Of a stretch of DNA of 64,000 nt, positions 9,943-19,418 are shown piece by piece. A program made the translations under genes and the position numbers. Each line of letters begins with the position of its first letter. The stretch's first letter is position 1. Under the pieces are notes generated by a model, which was not told where the DNA came from, ran no database searches, and saw nothing but the letters and a program-made list of their open reading frames with translations. The stretch comes from a bacterium (GTDB lineage: Bacteria > UBA8248), in the NCBI GenBank assembly GCA_965199855.1, contig OZ241326.1, forward strand, positions 1,856,001 through 1,920,000. The letters run 5' to 3'.

Positions 9943-12070
9943 GGGATGCGTCCTCATCGTCGATGACGAGCGTGAGATACTCGCGAGCCTGGAAGGCGTC
10001 CTGGGCGACGAGGGCTATCGCGTGGAGCGGGCCGAATCCGGCGAAATGGCGCTTCAGATGGTTCGCTCCGAAGCGCCGGACGTGGTTCTGGTGGACGTGT
10101 GGATGCCGGGAATCGACGGAATCAAGACCCTTCAGGCGGTGAAGGAGTCCAACGCGGACGTCGAGGTCGTCGTGATGTCGGGGCACGGCAGCATCGACGC
10201 CGCCGTGACCGCGACGAAGCTGGGCGCCTTCCACTTCATCGAAAAGCCCCTTTCCATCGACTCGGTCCTGAACGTGGTCGATTCCGCCGTTCAGACGAGA
10301 AGAGCGAAGGAATTCAGGGCGAATGATATCGTTGACGCGATGCTCGACGGCGCCGGCAGGAAGATTCAGGGGATCAGGAAAGCCGTCAGGAGAGCGGCGA
10401 AAGGCTCCGGCGCCCTGGTGATCTCGGGCGAAAAGGGAACCGGCAAGCGCGTCGTCGCCAAGGCGATTCACATGAGCGGCGCCGCGAAAAAAGAAGAGTT
10501 CAGACCCGTTCATTGCGGCTCTTTGCCGCCGGCTTCGGAGAAGGGGGAATGGGAAAAAGAACTGGAGCGCCTGCTTCCCGCCGCTTTTCGGGGGACGGCG
10601 TATCTGGATGGCCTGGAGCAGCTGCCCGCCAGGGAGCGGGAGAGACTCATCAGGCGCGTCCTGGCGCGCGCGAACGATTCGCTGCGCCTGATAGCGTCCT
10701 TTGACCACGTGGGCATCCCGAAAGACAGGAGCGCCGCGCAGAGACTGGCTGAAAAAACAGGCGCCGACCTGATATATCTGCCTCCCCTGCGCGAGCGCAG
10801 GGAGGACATTTCGCTGCTGGCCGAGAAATTTCTGGACGAGCGCGCCGAGGAGGCCGGAGACGAGAAGGAGTTTTCCGAAGAGGTCATGGCGATTCTCGAG
10901 GAATACGACTGGCCCGGCAACGTCGCCGAACTGAAGGGGACGGTGACCAGCGCGGCGCGCTCCTCGCCCGGGGTGGAGATTCGCATTGATCACCTGCCCT
11001 CCTCGATGCGCGAAGTTCCGCATCCCGAAGCGGAGGCGTCGGAGAGCGGAGCCGCCTCCCGCTTCCATATCGAGAGAACCCGGTGGGAGCGGCAGTATCT
11101 CTCCTTCCATCTGGAGCGGTGGGGCTGGGACGTCAAAAAGACGGCGCGCGCGGTGGGCGTGTCCGAGGCCGCCCTGAAGCGAAAAATAAAGGCATACGGG
11201 ATAAAGCGCGCGCCGCCGTCGCCGCCGGAGAATCCGGATCGGGCGAAGCAGCGAACGATATCGAAAAGCGTCGTGCTGCATGGCCGGGGGCTTCACTCCG
11301 GGCGGAAAACCGGGTTGATTCTGGAGCCCATGCCGCCGGGGAGCGGGATACGGTTCGGCGGCCTGACGAGCTCCGAGACCATGGAGGCGCGCGTCGATTT
11401 CGTGGACGGGACGAATCACGCGACGAATCTGCGCAGCGGGGCGATGACGGCGCGGACGATAGAGCATCTCATGAGCGCGCTGCACGCCTACGGGATAAGC
11501 AACCTCCTCGTCAAAATCGGCGGGGAGGTGCCCGCCCTGGATGGTTCGGCGGTGGAATTCTGCCGTTTGCTCGAAGAGGCCGGGATAGCGGCGCAAGAAG
11601 AAGGGCGCGAGGAATTGCGCGTTGACGAACCCTGCCAGGTGGGCGAGCCGGGCGCCCCGGAAGGCCATATTCGCATCGAGCCCGCGGATTCTTTCTCGAT
11701 CTCCTATCTCATCGACTACCCGGAGCCGATCGGAAAGCAATCCTATCTGTATGAGCATGAAAGCGCGCCGGGCTTTCGGGAGGAAATCGCGCCCGCCCGC
11801 ACCTTCGGCTTCGCCTCGGAGCTGGGGGAGCTCGAGAAGATGGGGCTGGCCGAAGGCGGCCGCTGGGACAACGTGATTCTCGTGGACAAGGGGCGCATCC
11901 TGAACACCCCCCTGCGCTTTTCCGACGAGTTCGTCCGCCACAAGATTCTCGACGTGATGGGCGACCTGTATTTGACGGGCCGTCCGATTCGGGGAAAGGT
12001 GACCGCCGAGAGAAGCGGGCATCGGCACAACGTCGCCCTGGTCAGGAAATTGCTGGAGGCCCGGAGCTGA
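9935..12070 (+). CDS. lpxC: Fusion of NtrX-like response regulator (REC, degenerate AAA+, Fis-type HTH) with LpxC UDP-3-O-acyl-GlcNAc deacetylase
   Basis: N-terminal part: LIVDDE, LVDVWMPG, MSGHG, FIEKP, GEKGTGK, WPGNVAEL. C-terminal part: QRTISK..G.GLHSG, TIEHLMSAL, EIAPARTFGF, RHKILDVMGDL, SGHRHN. One continuous 711-aa frame. Confidence 0.9.
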   Translation: MDKGCVLIVDDEREILASLEGVLGDEGYRVERAESGEMALQMVRSEAPDVVLVDVWMPGIDGIKTLQAVKESNADVEVVVMSGHGSIDAAVTATKLGAFHFIEKPLSIDSVLNVVDSAVQTRRAKEFRANDIVDAMLDGAGRKIQGIRKAVRRAAKGSGALVISGEKGTGKRVVAKAIHMSGAAKKEEFRPVHCGSLPPASEKGEWEKELERLLPAAFRGTAYLDGLEQLPARERERLIRRVLARANDSLRLIASFDHVGIPKDRSAAQRLAEKTGADLIYLPPLRERREDISLLAEKFLDERAEEAGDEKEFSEEVMAILEEYDWPGNVAELKGTVTSAARSSPGVEIRIDHLPSSMREVPHPEAEASESGAASRFHIERTRWERQYLSFHLERWGWDVKKTARAVGVSEAALKRKIKAYGIKRAPPSPPENPDRAKQRTISKSVVLHGRGLHSGRKTGLILEPMPPGSGIRFGGLTSSETMEARVDFVDGTNHATNLRSGAMTARTIEHLMSALHAYGISNLLVKIGGEVPALDGSAVEFCRLLEEAGIAAQEEGREELRVDEPCQVGEPGAPEGHIRIEPADSFSISYLIDYPEPIGKQSYLYEHESAPGFREEIAPARTFGFASELGELEKMGLAEGGRWDNVILVDKGRILNTPLRFSDEFVRHKILDVMGDLYLTGRPIRGKVTAERSGHRHNVALVRKLLEARS

Positions 12071-12121
12071 TTTCGGCTTCGCCCCGCGCGCCGCCTCCGT
12101 CCCCCTCGCTGAGCGTCTTCC

Positions 12122-13174
12122 TTGAGCAATCATCCTCTGACATACCGCGGCGCGGGCGTGGACGTGGAGGCGGGCGAGCGCTTCGTTCGCTCCATCGCGC
12201 GCGCGGTGAAGTCCACGCACGAGAGCCAGGGCGGGCGCGTCCTGAAGGGGACGGCGGACTTCGCCGGTCTGTTCCGCCTGGGCGGCGGCTATGAGGACCC
12301 CGTTCTCGTTTCAGGGACGGACGGCGTCGGCACGAAACTGCTCCTGGCCCAGCAGCTGAACCGCCATGACTCCGTCGGGGTCGATCTGGTGGCCATGTGC
12401 GTCAACGACATTCTGACCGCGGGAGCGGAGCCTCTTTTCTTCCTGGACTACGTTGCGGCGGGCCGGATGGAGCAGGGGGCGTTGGCGGACGTCGTATCCG
12501 GCGTCGCCCGGGGATGCCGCGAGGCCGGCTGCGCCCTCATCGGCGGCGAGACGGCGGAGATGCCCGATCTGTATGGTCCCGGCGCGTATGATCTCGCCGG
12601 GTTCTCGGTGGGCGTGGTCGAGCGAAGAAGCCTGGAAGGCGCGGCGCGCGCGGAGGCTGGCGACGCGATTCTCGGCCTTCCCTCGTCCGGCGCCCACAGC
12701 AACGGATATTCCCTGCTGCGCAGGATATTGGACTCGAAGGCGAAGCGGGACGCCGCGTCCCGAAGACTCGGCGCCCCCGTCGAGGACGTCCTCCTGGAGC
12801 CTACGCGCATTTACGCCAGGGGCGCCGGCGCCGTTCGGGGAGACGGGGCGGTTTGCGGCGCCGCGCACGTCACGGGGGGAGGGCTTCCGGGAAACGTGAG
12901 CCGTCTGATTCCGGATGGCCTGCAAGCCAGGCTGCGTCCCGACCGCTGGCCCCTGCCGCGCGTATTTTCGCTGGCGCAGGAGCTCGGCCCGGTCGAGAGC
13001 GCGGAGATGTATCGCACGTTCAACATGGGGCTGGGCTTCGTCTTTCTCGTGAAGGCGGGGCGGACGGAATTCCTCCTCAAGCGTTTGAAAAACGCGGGCG
13101 AAGAGGCCATGGTTGTCGGCGAGGTCGTGAAAAGACCCAAGGGCGGCCGCTCCGTCGTCATCGAGGGCGCATAG
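12122..13174 (+). CDS. purM: Phosphoribosylformylglycinamidine cyclo-ligase
   Basis: TY..AGVD, TDGVGTKL, GGETAEMP, SSGAHSNG, TFNMG. Confidence 0.96.
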   Translation: MSNHPLTYRGAGVDVEAGERFVRSIARAVKSTHESQGGRVLKGTADFAGLFRLGGGYEDPVLVSGTDGVGTKLLLAQQLNRHDSVGVDLVAMCVNDILTAGAEPLFFLDYVAAGRMEQGALADVVSGVARGCREAGCALIGGETAEMPDLYGPGAYDLAGFSVGVVERRSLEGAARAEAGDAILGLPSSGAHSNGYSLLRRILDSKAKRDAASRRLGAPVEDVLLEPTRIYARGAGAVRGDGAVCGAAHVTGGGLPGNVSRLIPDGLQARLRPDRWPLPRVFSLAQELGPVESAEMYRTFNMGLGFVFLVKAGRTEFLLKRLKNAGEEAMVVGEVVKRPKGGRSVVIEGA

Positions 13175-13175
13175 C

Positions 13176-13847
13176 GTGTCTCCCCGGAAGCGGCTGCGAG
13201 CGTGCGTTCTGGCCTCGGGACGCGGGTCGAACCTCCAGGCGCTCATCGACGCGGGTCGGGACGCGGATTTTCCGGCGGAAGTCGCGCTGGTGCTGAGCGA
13301 CCGGAAAGGGGCGGGCGCGCTCAAGCGCGCGGCGGAGGCGGGCATACCGCATCGATATCTCAGTCCCGGGGATGGCTTCTATTCAAAAATGGGCGATGAA
13401 ATCGAGGAGCGCGGAATCGGGCTCATCTGCTGCGCCGGCTTCATGCGGATTCTGCCTCCCTGGTTCGTGGAGCGGTTCTCGGGCAGAATCATCAACATTC
13501 ATCCCTCGCTTCTGCCCAGTTTTCCCGGCCTCCGCGCGCAGCGGCAGGCTTTGGAGGCGGGCGCGCGGGTGGCGGGCTGCACGGTGCATTTCGTGGACGA
13601 GGGAGTGGACACGGGGCCGATTATCCTCCAGGCCGCCGTGCCGGCGCATCCCCGGGACAGCGAAGAAACCCTTTCGGAGAGAATTCTCGCCTATGAGCAC
13701 CGGATATACCCGCTGGCGGTGCGGCTCATCGCCGAGGGGCGCGTTCGCTGCGCGGGCGGGGGCGTGGAATACGCGGAGGGCGCGCTCCCGGAGGAGGGCG
13801 GCTTCATCTCGCCCGCTTCGGAATCGACCTTCTCGAAGGGTGGATGA
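13176..13847 (+). CDS. purN: Phosphoribosylglycinamide formyltransferase
   Basis: SGRGSNLQA, NIHPSLLP, GCTVHFVDEGVDTG. Confidence 0.96.
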   Translation: MSPRKRLRACVLASGRGSNLQALIDAGRDADFPAEVALVLSDRKGAGALKRAAEAGIPHRYLSPGDGFYSKMGDEIEERGIGLICCAGFMRILPPWFVERFSGRIINIHPSLLPSFPGLRAQRQALEAGARVAGCTVHFVDEGVDTGPIILQAAVPAHPRDSEETLSERILAYEHRIYPLAVRLIAEGRVRCAGGGVEYAEGALPEEGGFISPASESTFSKGG

Positions 13848-13848
13848 G

Positions 13849-14580
13849 GTGGCGCGCAAACCGGTTTTGTGGGCGCTTTTGTTCGGGCTTCTCGCCCCGG
13901 CGCTTCCCTGCGCGCTCGCCCCCTCCGCGCGGGCGGAGGAGGAATCGCGCCCGAACGCGGAGAAGGTAATCGCGTCCCTTCAGAAAAAATACGAGGCCAT
14001 CGAGTCTCTGCGCGCTTCCTTCGAGCAGAAAAACGAACTGAAAACCCTCGGCCGGACCACGCTGTCGAGCGGGCGCCTCCTGCTGCGCAAGCCGGGCAGG
14101 CTGCGCGTGGAGTATCGCAAGCCCGAAAAGCAGATTCTCGTCTCGGACGGCGAGACGCTCTGGCTCTACACGGCGCGCTTCGGGCAGGTGATGGTCTCAA
14201 AGCCCGGACGCGCCGGCCTGGGCGGCGCGCCTCTGCTGTTTCTGGCGGGCAAGGGGGATTTAAGGAAGAATTTCGACGTCTTCGTCGAGGAAATCGGAAT
14301 CGCCGAGCGAAGCGGGGGCGTCTGGAAAGCCGGCCACCCCCATCGCATCCGCCTGGAGCCGAAAGCCGCGGGCGCCTCATTCCGGCGGATGTGGATAGAG
14401 GTGGAGCCCGAGAATTTCAAAATCCTCGCGTTGTCGTATATTGACGGCGTCGGCAACAGGAGCAGCCTGCGGTTTTCAAACGTGAGGGAAGACGTCAAAA
14501 TCGAGGATGGGGAGTTTCACTTCGCCGCGCCGCCGGGCGCCGAGATCGTTCAAATGCCGGCCCGGGGCGGCCTCCGATAA
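13849..14580 (+). CDS. lolA: Outer-membrane lipoprotein carrier LolA family
   Basis: GTG start right after purN, signal peptide, ASFEQ...SGRL..RKPGRLRVEY..P..Q..VSDG..LW.Y. Confidence 0.85.
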   Translation: MARKPVLWALLFGLLAPALPCALAPSARAEEESRPNAEKVIASLQKKYEAIESLRASFEQKNELKTLGRTTLSSGRLLLRKPGRLRVEYRKPEKQILVSDGETLWLYTARFGQVMVSKPGRAGLGGAPLLFLAGKGDLRKNFDVFVEEIGIAERSGGVWKAGHPHRIRLEPKAAGASFRRMWIEVEPENFKILALSYIDGVGNRSSLRFSNVREDVKIEDGEFHFAAPPGAEIVQMPARGGLR

Positions 14581-14598
14581 ACAGGGACGCATGCAGGA

Positions 14599-15801
14599 AT
14601 GCTGACGCAGGCGATTGACTGGGCGATGGGCTTCGGACAGACGATTTTCTGGGCAGTGCTCGTCCTGGGACTGCTCATTTTTATCCACGAGCTGGGGCAC
14701 CACCTCGTCGCCAAATGGCTCAAAATCGGCGTCTCGACCTTCTCGCTGGGCTTCGGGCGCCGCATCTGGGGCTTTCAAAGGGGAGAGACGGAATATCGCG
14801 TATCGCTCATCCCCCTGGGCGGCTACGTAAAGCTCGTGGGCGAGGACCCGGAGGCGCTTCCCGAAGGCGCCGACGCGACCGGGAAGCCGGATGAGCGGGA
14901 AAAATCCTTTTACCTGCGTCCGGTGAGCCATCGGCTGGCGGTCATTTCGGCGGGGCCCCTGTTCAACGTCGCCCTGGCGATACTCCTGAGCTGGGGGCTG
15001 CACCTGGCCGGCATTCCCGTGCCGGGCACCTGGGTGGGGGCCGTTCTGCCCGATACGCCGGCGCAAAGGGCCGGCCTGAAAACGGGCGACCGCATCGTGG
15101 CCATCGATGGAAGGCCGGTGCGGAAATGGACCGAGCTCGTCGCGATTGTGCAAAAAAGCGCAGGCAGGCAGCTGGCGCTGACGGTGGAGCGCGATCGCCG
15201 CTCCTTTGAGACGGCCATCACGCCCACGTCCAAGAGCGCGGCCGGCAAGGAGCTGGGGCGCGGCCGAATCGGCATCAGCATCGGGCCGGGCGCCTACACG
15301 GAGCGGTTCGGGCTTCTCGAATCCCTGGGGAAGGGCGTCGAGCAGAACTACCGCATCGTGAGCCTTACGGTCATGACGCTGTATTCGATGCTCACGAAGA
15401 CGATTCCGGCGGACATCGGCGGGCCGATTCGCATCTCCGTGGTGGCCGCCGAGCAGGCCCAGCGCGGACTCCGCTATCTCGTCATGTTCACGATTCTGCT
15501 CAGCGTGAACCTGGCCATTCTGAACCTGCTGCCCATTCCGGTTCTCGACGGCGGCCACATTCTCTTTCTGCTCATCGAGGCTTTGCGGGGAAAGCCCGTC
15601 AGCCTGCGGATTCGGGAGAAGGCGATGCAGGTGGGCACCGTCCTGCTCATCGGCTTGATGATCTTTGCCACCTACAAGGACAGCGTGTATTATCTCTTCA
15701 GGGGCGAGGCGCCCTCCGCCGAGAGGCGGACGCCGGGGCGCGAGAGCGGGAAAGCGAAGGACGCCCCCCTCGAAAAGGGAAAAGACGGGCGAGGTCCCTG
15801 A
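14599..15801 (+). CDS. rseP: RIP metalloprotease RseP
   Basis: HELGH, IPLGGYV, PDZ domain, NLLPIPVLDGG. Confidence 0.95.
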   Translation: MLTQAIDWAMGFGQTIFWAVLVLGLLIFIHELGHHLVAKWLKIGVSTFSLGFGRRIWGFQRGETEYRVSLIPLGGYVKLVGEDPEALPEGADATGKPDEREKSFYLRPVSHRLAVISAGPLFNVALAILLSWGLHLAGIPVPGTWVGAVLPDTPAQRAGLKTGDRIVAIDGRPVRKWTELVAIVQKSAGRQLALTVERDRRSFETAITPTSKSAAGKELGRGRIGISIGPGAYTERFGLLESLGKGVEQNYRIVSLTVMTLYSMLTKTIPADIGGPIRISVVAAEQAQRGLRYLVMFTILLSVNLAILNLLPIPVLDGGHILFLLIEALRGKPVSLRIREKAMQVGTVLLIGLMIFATYKDSVYYLFRGEAPSAERRTPGRESGKAKDAPLEKGKDGRGP

Positions 15802-15803
15802 CG

Positions 15804-17048
15804 ATGTTCGAGCCGTTCACCGACGACGTATTCTACGCGAAGCCCGTCCCGGGCGTCGGCCTGCCGCGCGGGGAGCCGGGCGACTCCGCTCTCCCGATGG
15901 CTGGCTCAGGAGAGGCCGGCGAGGCGCCTCCCTGCGCGGATCCTTCCCTGTTTCCGCTGAAGCGGCGCAAGAGCTCCCAGGTCAGGGTGCGCGGCGTCGC
16001 GGTCGGCGGCGGCGCGCCCATCGCCGTGCAGTCGATGTGCAACACCTACACGCACGACGTGGAGGAGACCGTCGCCCAAATCGAGCGCCTGGAGGCCGCC
16101 GGGTGCGAAATCGTCCGTCTGGCCGTTCCCGACGAGAGGGCGGCCAAGGCGCTCTACGAAATCAGGACGCGCACGGAAATGCCCCTGGTGGCGGACGTTC
16201 ACTTCGACTACCGCTACGCCCTGACGGCGGCGGACGCGGGCGTCGACTGCCTGCGCATCAACCCCGGCAACATCAACGGGGAGGAGCGGGTGAGCGAGGT
16301 GGTCGCCTCGGCGAAGGACCACGGCCTGCCCATCCGCGTGGGCGTGAACGCCGGCTCCCTGGAGAAGCACCTGCTGGATCGCTTCGGCGGCGCCACGCCC
16401 GAGGCGATGGTGGAAAGCGGGCTGCGCCACGTCGCCATGCTGGAGAAGCGCGGATTCCACGACACGAAAATCTCCCTCAAGGCCTCGGACGTGGCCAGGA
16501 CGGTGCGCGCCTACCGGCTGATGGCGAAGCGCGTCGAATATCCTCTCCACCTGGGCGTCACGGAGAGCGGGAGCCTTCAGACGGGCAGCGTCAAAAGCGC
16601 CGTCGGGCTGGGCGTTCTGCTCTCCGAGGGCATCGGCGACACCCTGCGCGTCTCCCTGGCGGCGGACCCGGTGGAGGAGGTGCGCGTCGCCTATGAAATC
16701 CTGAAAAGCCTCAAGCTGCGCCAGAAGGGCGTGAACGTCGTCGCGTGCCCCTCCTGCGGCCGCGTCCAGATCGACGTGGACAAGCTCACCATGGAAGTGG
16801 AGCGGGAGCTCGCCCACGTCGACGCCCCCATCACGGTGGCCGTCATGGGCTGCGAGGTGAACGGCCCCGGCGAGGCGCGCGAGGCGGACATCGGCGTGGC
16901 CGGCGGCCACAGGCGCGCCCTGATTTTCCTGAAGGGCGAGAAGGCGGGTCTGGTGGCGTATGAGGACATCAAGAAGAACCTCGTGGAGCGCGTGGAGGCG
17001 CTCGCGGCGCAATACGACAAGAAGCGTTGCGAGACGGCTCTTTCCTGA
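15804..17048 (+). CDS. ispG: HMBPP synthase IspG (GcpE)
   Basis: VQSM, VADVHF, RINPGNI, GIGDTLRVSL, CPSCGR, MGCEVNGPGEA. Confidence 0.96.
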   Translation: MFEPFTDDVFYAKPVPGVGLPRGEPGDSALPMAGSGEAGEAPPCADPSLFPLKRRKSSQVRVRGVAVGGGAPIAVQSMCNTYTHDVEETVAQIERLEAAGCEIVRLAVPDERAAKALYEIRTRTEMPLVADVHFDYRYALTAADAGVDCLRINPGNINGEERVSEVVASAKDHGLPIRVGVNAGSLEKHLLDRFGGATPEAMVESGLRHVAMLEKRGFHDTKISLKASDVARTVRAYRLMAKRVEYPLHLGVTESGSLQTGSVKSAVGLGVLLSEGIGDTLRVSLAADPVEEVRVAYEILKSLKLRQKGVNVVACPSCGRVQIDVDKLTMEVERELAHVDAPITVAVMGCEVNGPGEAREADIGVAGGHRRALIFLKGEKAGLVAYEDIKKNLVERVEALAAQYDKKRCETALS

Positions 17049-17057
17049 TTCCGCCTC

Positions 17058-18773
17058 ATGCGATTCTCCCGAGGGTTTTTCCCCACGCTGAAAGAGGCGC
17101 CCGCCGAGGCGGAAGTCGTCAGCCACAGGCTCATGGTGCGCTCGGGCATGATTCGCCGCCTGGCGGCGGGCGTGTATTCGCTTCTGCCCCTCGGCGTGCG
17201 CGCCCAGCGCAAGGTGGAGCGGATTCTGCGCGAGGAGATGAACCGCGCGGGAGCGCAGGAGGTGTTCCTGCCCGCGCTGAACCCCGCCGGGCTCTGGCGA
17301 AAAACGGGACGCTGGGAGATTTACGGCAAGGAGCTGATCCGCCTGAAGGATCGCCACGAGCGCGATTTCTGCCTGGGACCCACGCATGAGGAGGTGATCA
17401 CCGACCTAGTGGCGCGCGAGGTGCGGAGCTACCGAGACCTGCCGCTCAACCTCTACCAGATTCAGACGAAATTCCGCGACGAGATCAGGCCCCGCTTCGG
17501 CGTGATGCGCGGGCGGGAATTCACGATGAAGGACGGCTACAGCTTCGACCGCGACGAGGCGGGCGCGGAGCGCAGCTATGAGGGAATGGTGAGGGCCTAT
17601 GAGCGCGCGTTCCGGCGGTGCGGGTTGAGGTTCAGCGCGGTGGAGGCGGATTCGGGGGCCATCGGCGGGAGCTTTTCGCACGAGTTCATGGTCATGGCCG
17701 ACACGGGCGAGGAGGCTGTCGCCGCGTGCGATTCCTGCGGCTACGCGGCGAACGTGGAAAAGGCGCCGGTTCGTCTGCGCCTTCCCGAAGGCGAGGACGG
17801 CGAACTCGAGAAAATCCGCACGCCCGGCGCCCATACGGTGGAGGAAGTGGCGGAATTCTTCTCTTTGCCCCCGCATCGAATCGTCAAGACGCTTTTGTAC
17901 GTCGCGGACGGCGAGCCGGTGGCCGCGATGATTCCGGGCCACAGGGATTTGAACGAAGTCAAACTCAAGAACGCGCTCGACGCGGCGGCGCTCGAGCTCG
18001 CCGATCCCGGAACGGTGGAAAGGCTCACCCGCTCGCAGGTGGGCTTCGCCGGCCCCGTCGGCCTGCCGGGCGTTCGCCTCGTCGCCGACCAGTCTCTCGA
18101 GGGCGCGGGCGGCCTCGTCGTCGGCGCGAACGAGACGGATCATCACTACGGGGGGGCGCGCGAGGGGCGGGATTTCGAGGCGGGCGCGTTCGCGGATCTC
18201 GCCCTCGCCCTCGATGGAGACGCCTGCCCCCGGTGCGAGGCGGCGCTCGGCGTCAGGCGCGGCATCGAGGTGGGGCACGTCTTCAAGCTGGGCCGCAAGT
18301 ATTCCGAAGCGCTGGGCGCCGACTATCAGGACGAGAACGGAGAGACGCGCGGCATCGTCATGGGCTGCTACGGCATCGGCGTGGGCCGCACGGTGGCGGC
18401 GGCCATCGAGCAGAACCACGACGAGCACGGCATCATCTGGCCGACGCCCATCGCCCCATACCACGTGGACGTCATCGCGGTGAAGGCGGACGACGAGGAG
18501 ACCATGCGGGTTTGCGGCGGCCTGTATGACGCGCTCGCCGCCTCGGGGGTGGACGTCGTCCTCGACGACAGGGACGAGCGGCCGGGCGTGAAGTTCAAGG
18601 ACGCCGATCTCATCGGCTTTCCCTACAGGGCGGTCGTCGGCCCCAGGGGACTCAGGGAGGGGAAAATCGAACTGAAGTCCCGAAGAACGGGAGAGACGCG
18701 GCTTCTGGAGGCCGAGACGGCGGCGTCCTTTCTGAAAGACCTGATTTTCGAGGAGGTGAGCGCCGCGGGATGA
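17058..18773 (+). CDS. proS: Proline--tRNA ligase (with editing insertion)
   Basis: LGPTHEE, KFRDEIRPRFG, GIEVGHVFKLG, MGCYGIG, DDRDERPGVKF. Confidence 0.97.
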   Translation: MRFSRGFFPTLKEAPAEAEVVSHRLMVRSGMIRRLAAGVYSLLPLGVRAQRKVERILREEMNRAGAQEVFLPALNPAGLWRKTGRWEIYGKELIRLKDRHERDFCLGPTHEEVITDLVAREVRSYRDLPLNLYQIQTKFRDEIRPRFGVMRGREFTMKDGYSFDRDEAGAERSYEGMVRAYERAFRRCGLRFSAVEADSGAIGGSFSHEFMVMADTGEEAVAACDSCGYAANVEKAPVRLRLPEGEDGELEKIRTPGAHTVEEVAEFFSLPPHRIVKTLLYVADGEPVAAMIPGHRDLNEVKLKNALDAAALELADPGTVERLTRSQVGFAGPVGLPGVRLVADQSLEGAGGLVVGANETDHHYGGAREGRDFEAGAFADLALALDGDACPRCEAALGVRRGIEVGHVFKLGRKYSEALGADYQDENGETRGIVMGCYGIGVGRTVAAAIEQNHDEHGIIWPTPIAPYHVDVIAVKADDEETMRVCGGLYDALAASGVDVVLDDRDERPGVKFKDADLIGFPYRAVVGPRGLREGKIELKSRRTGETRLLEAETAASFLKDLIFEEVSAAG

Positions 18774-18951
18774 TTCAGAGGGCTCCCGGACGTTTTATCG
18801 AGATCGCCCGCGCCCGCCGGGACGCGCCGCGGAATCCGGAAGCCGCGGGGAGGGGAGAGCCGCGAAACGGAAAACTTGACGCTTTCGGGCCCGCGCGTCT
18901 ATATTCCCCTTTTGCGGCGAGGCGGCGTTCGCCGGAGGGGAGTGTCCGCTC

Positions 18952-19149
18952 ATGGCCTACGAGGGGGTTCGGGAATGCGCCGTTTGCGCATGGAGAGAGA
19001 CTTGCCGCCTGAAGTATCGCAACGAGCCGAACGGGGCGCTTTTCTGCCCGGAATTCTCACCCGACCTCAGGCTGCGTCGGGCGGACACGAAGAAGACGCC
19101 GCCTTCGCCCGAAGGCCGCGGCGGGGAGCGAGCGACAAATGAGGCGTGA
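18952..19149 (+). CDS. Small Cys-rich hypothetical protein (CxxCxWRxxC...FCPE)
   Basis: 65-aa ORF with four Cys in a possible metal-binding pattern; GGAG upstream. Confidence 0.55.
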   Translation: MAYEGVRECAVCAWRETCRLKYRNEPNGALFCPEFSPDLRLRRADTKKTPPSPEGRGGERATNEA

Positions 19150-19294
19150 AATCGAGATTCTGATCCTGCTCTTTCTGGGATATTTGTGCCTGATGGTGGG
19201 GCTTCGCGTGGAAGACGTCGGCATGAAGGTGTTTTCCTACATCCTTTCGGTCATGTTTTTTTTCGCCATCTTCCGACCCAAGCAGTCTCCCTGA
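19139..19294 (+). CDS. 51-aa small membrane protein (too short for the ORF track)
   Basis: MRREIEILILLFLGYLCLMVGLRVEDVGMKVFSYILSVMFFFAIFRPKQSP*. Two hydrophobic helices, GGGGAG upstream, overlaps the previous ORF's end. Confidence 0.55.
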   Translation: MRREIEILILLFLGYLCLMVGLRVEDVGMKVFSYILSVMFFFAIFRPKQSP

Positions 19295-19307
19295 GGGGGC
19301 GCATTCT

Positions 19308-19384
19308 GGCGGCGTAGCTCAACCGGTTAGAGCATACGGCTCATATCCGTAGTGTTGGGGGTTCAAGTCCCTCCGCCGCTACCA
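19308..19384 (+). tRNA. tRNA-Met (CAT), probably elongator
   Basis: 77-nt cloverleaf GGCGGCG...TACGG-CTCATAT-CCGTA...GTTCAAGTC...CGCCGCTACCA. Confidence 0.92.
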
Positions 19385-19418
19385 AACTTTCTCGCCGTCT
19401 GGGGCAGGAGACCCTCCC

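Noticed and set aside
19308-19384. CAT-anticodon tRNA next to tilS as its substrate tRNA-Ile2
   Set aside because: The acceptor stem GGCGGCG/CGCCGCT and TACGG/CCGTA anticodon stem resemble elongator tRNA-Met as I recall it. A tRNAscan-SE 2 isotype model would settle it.
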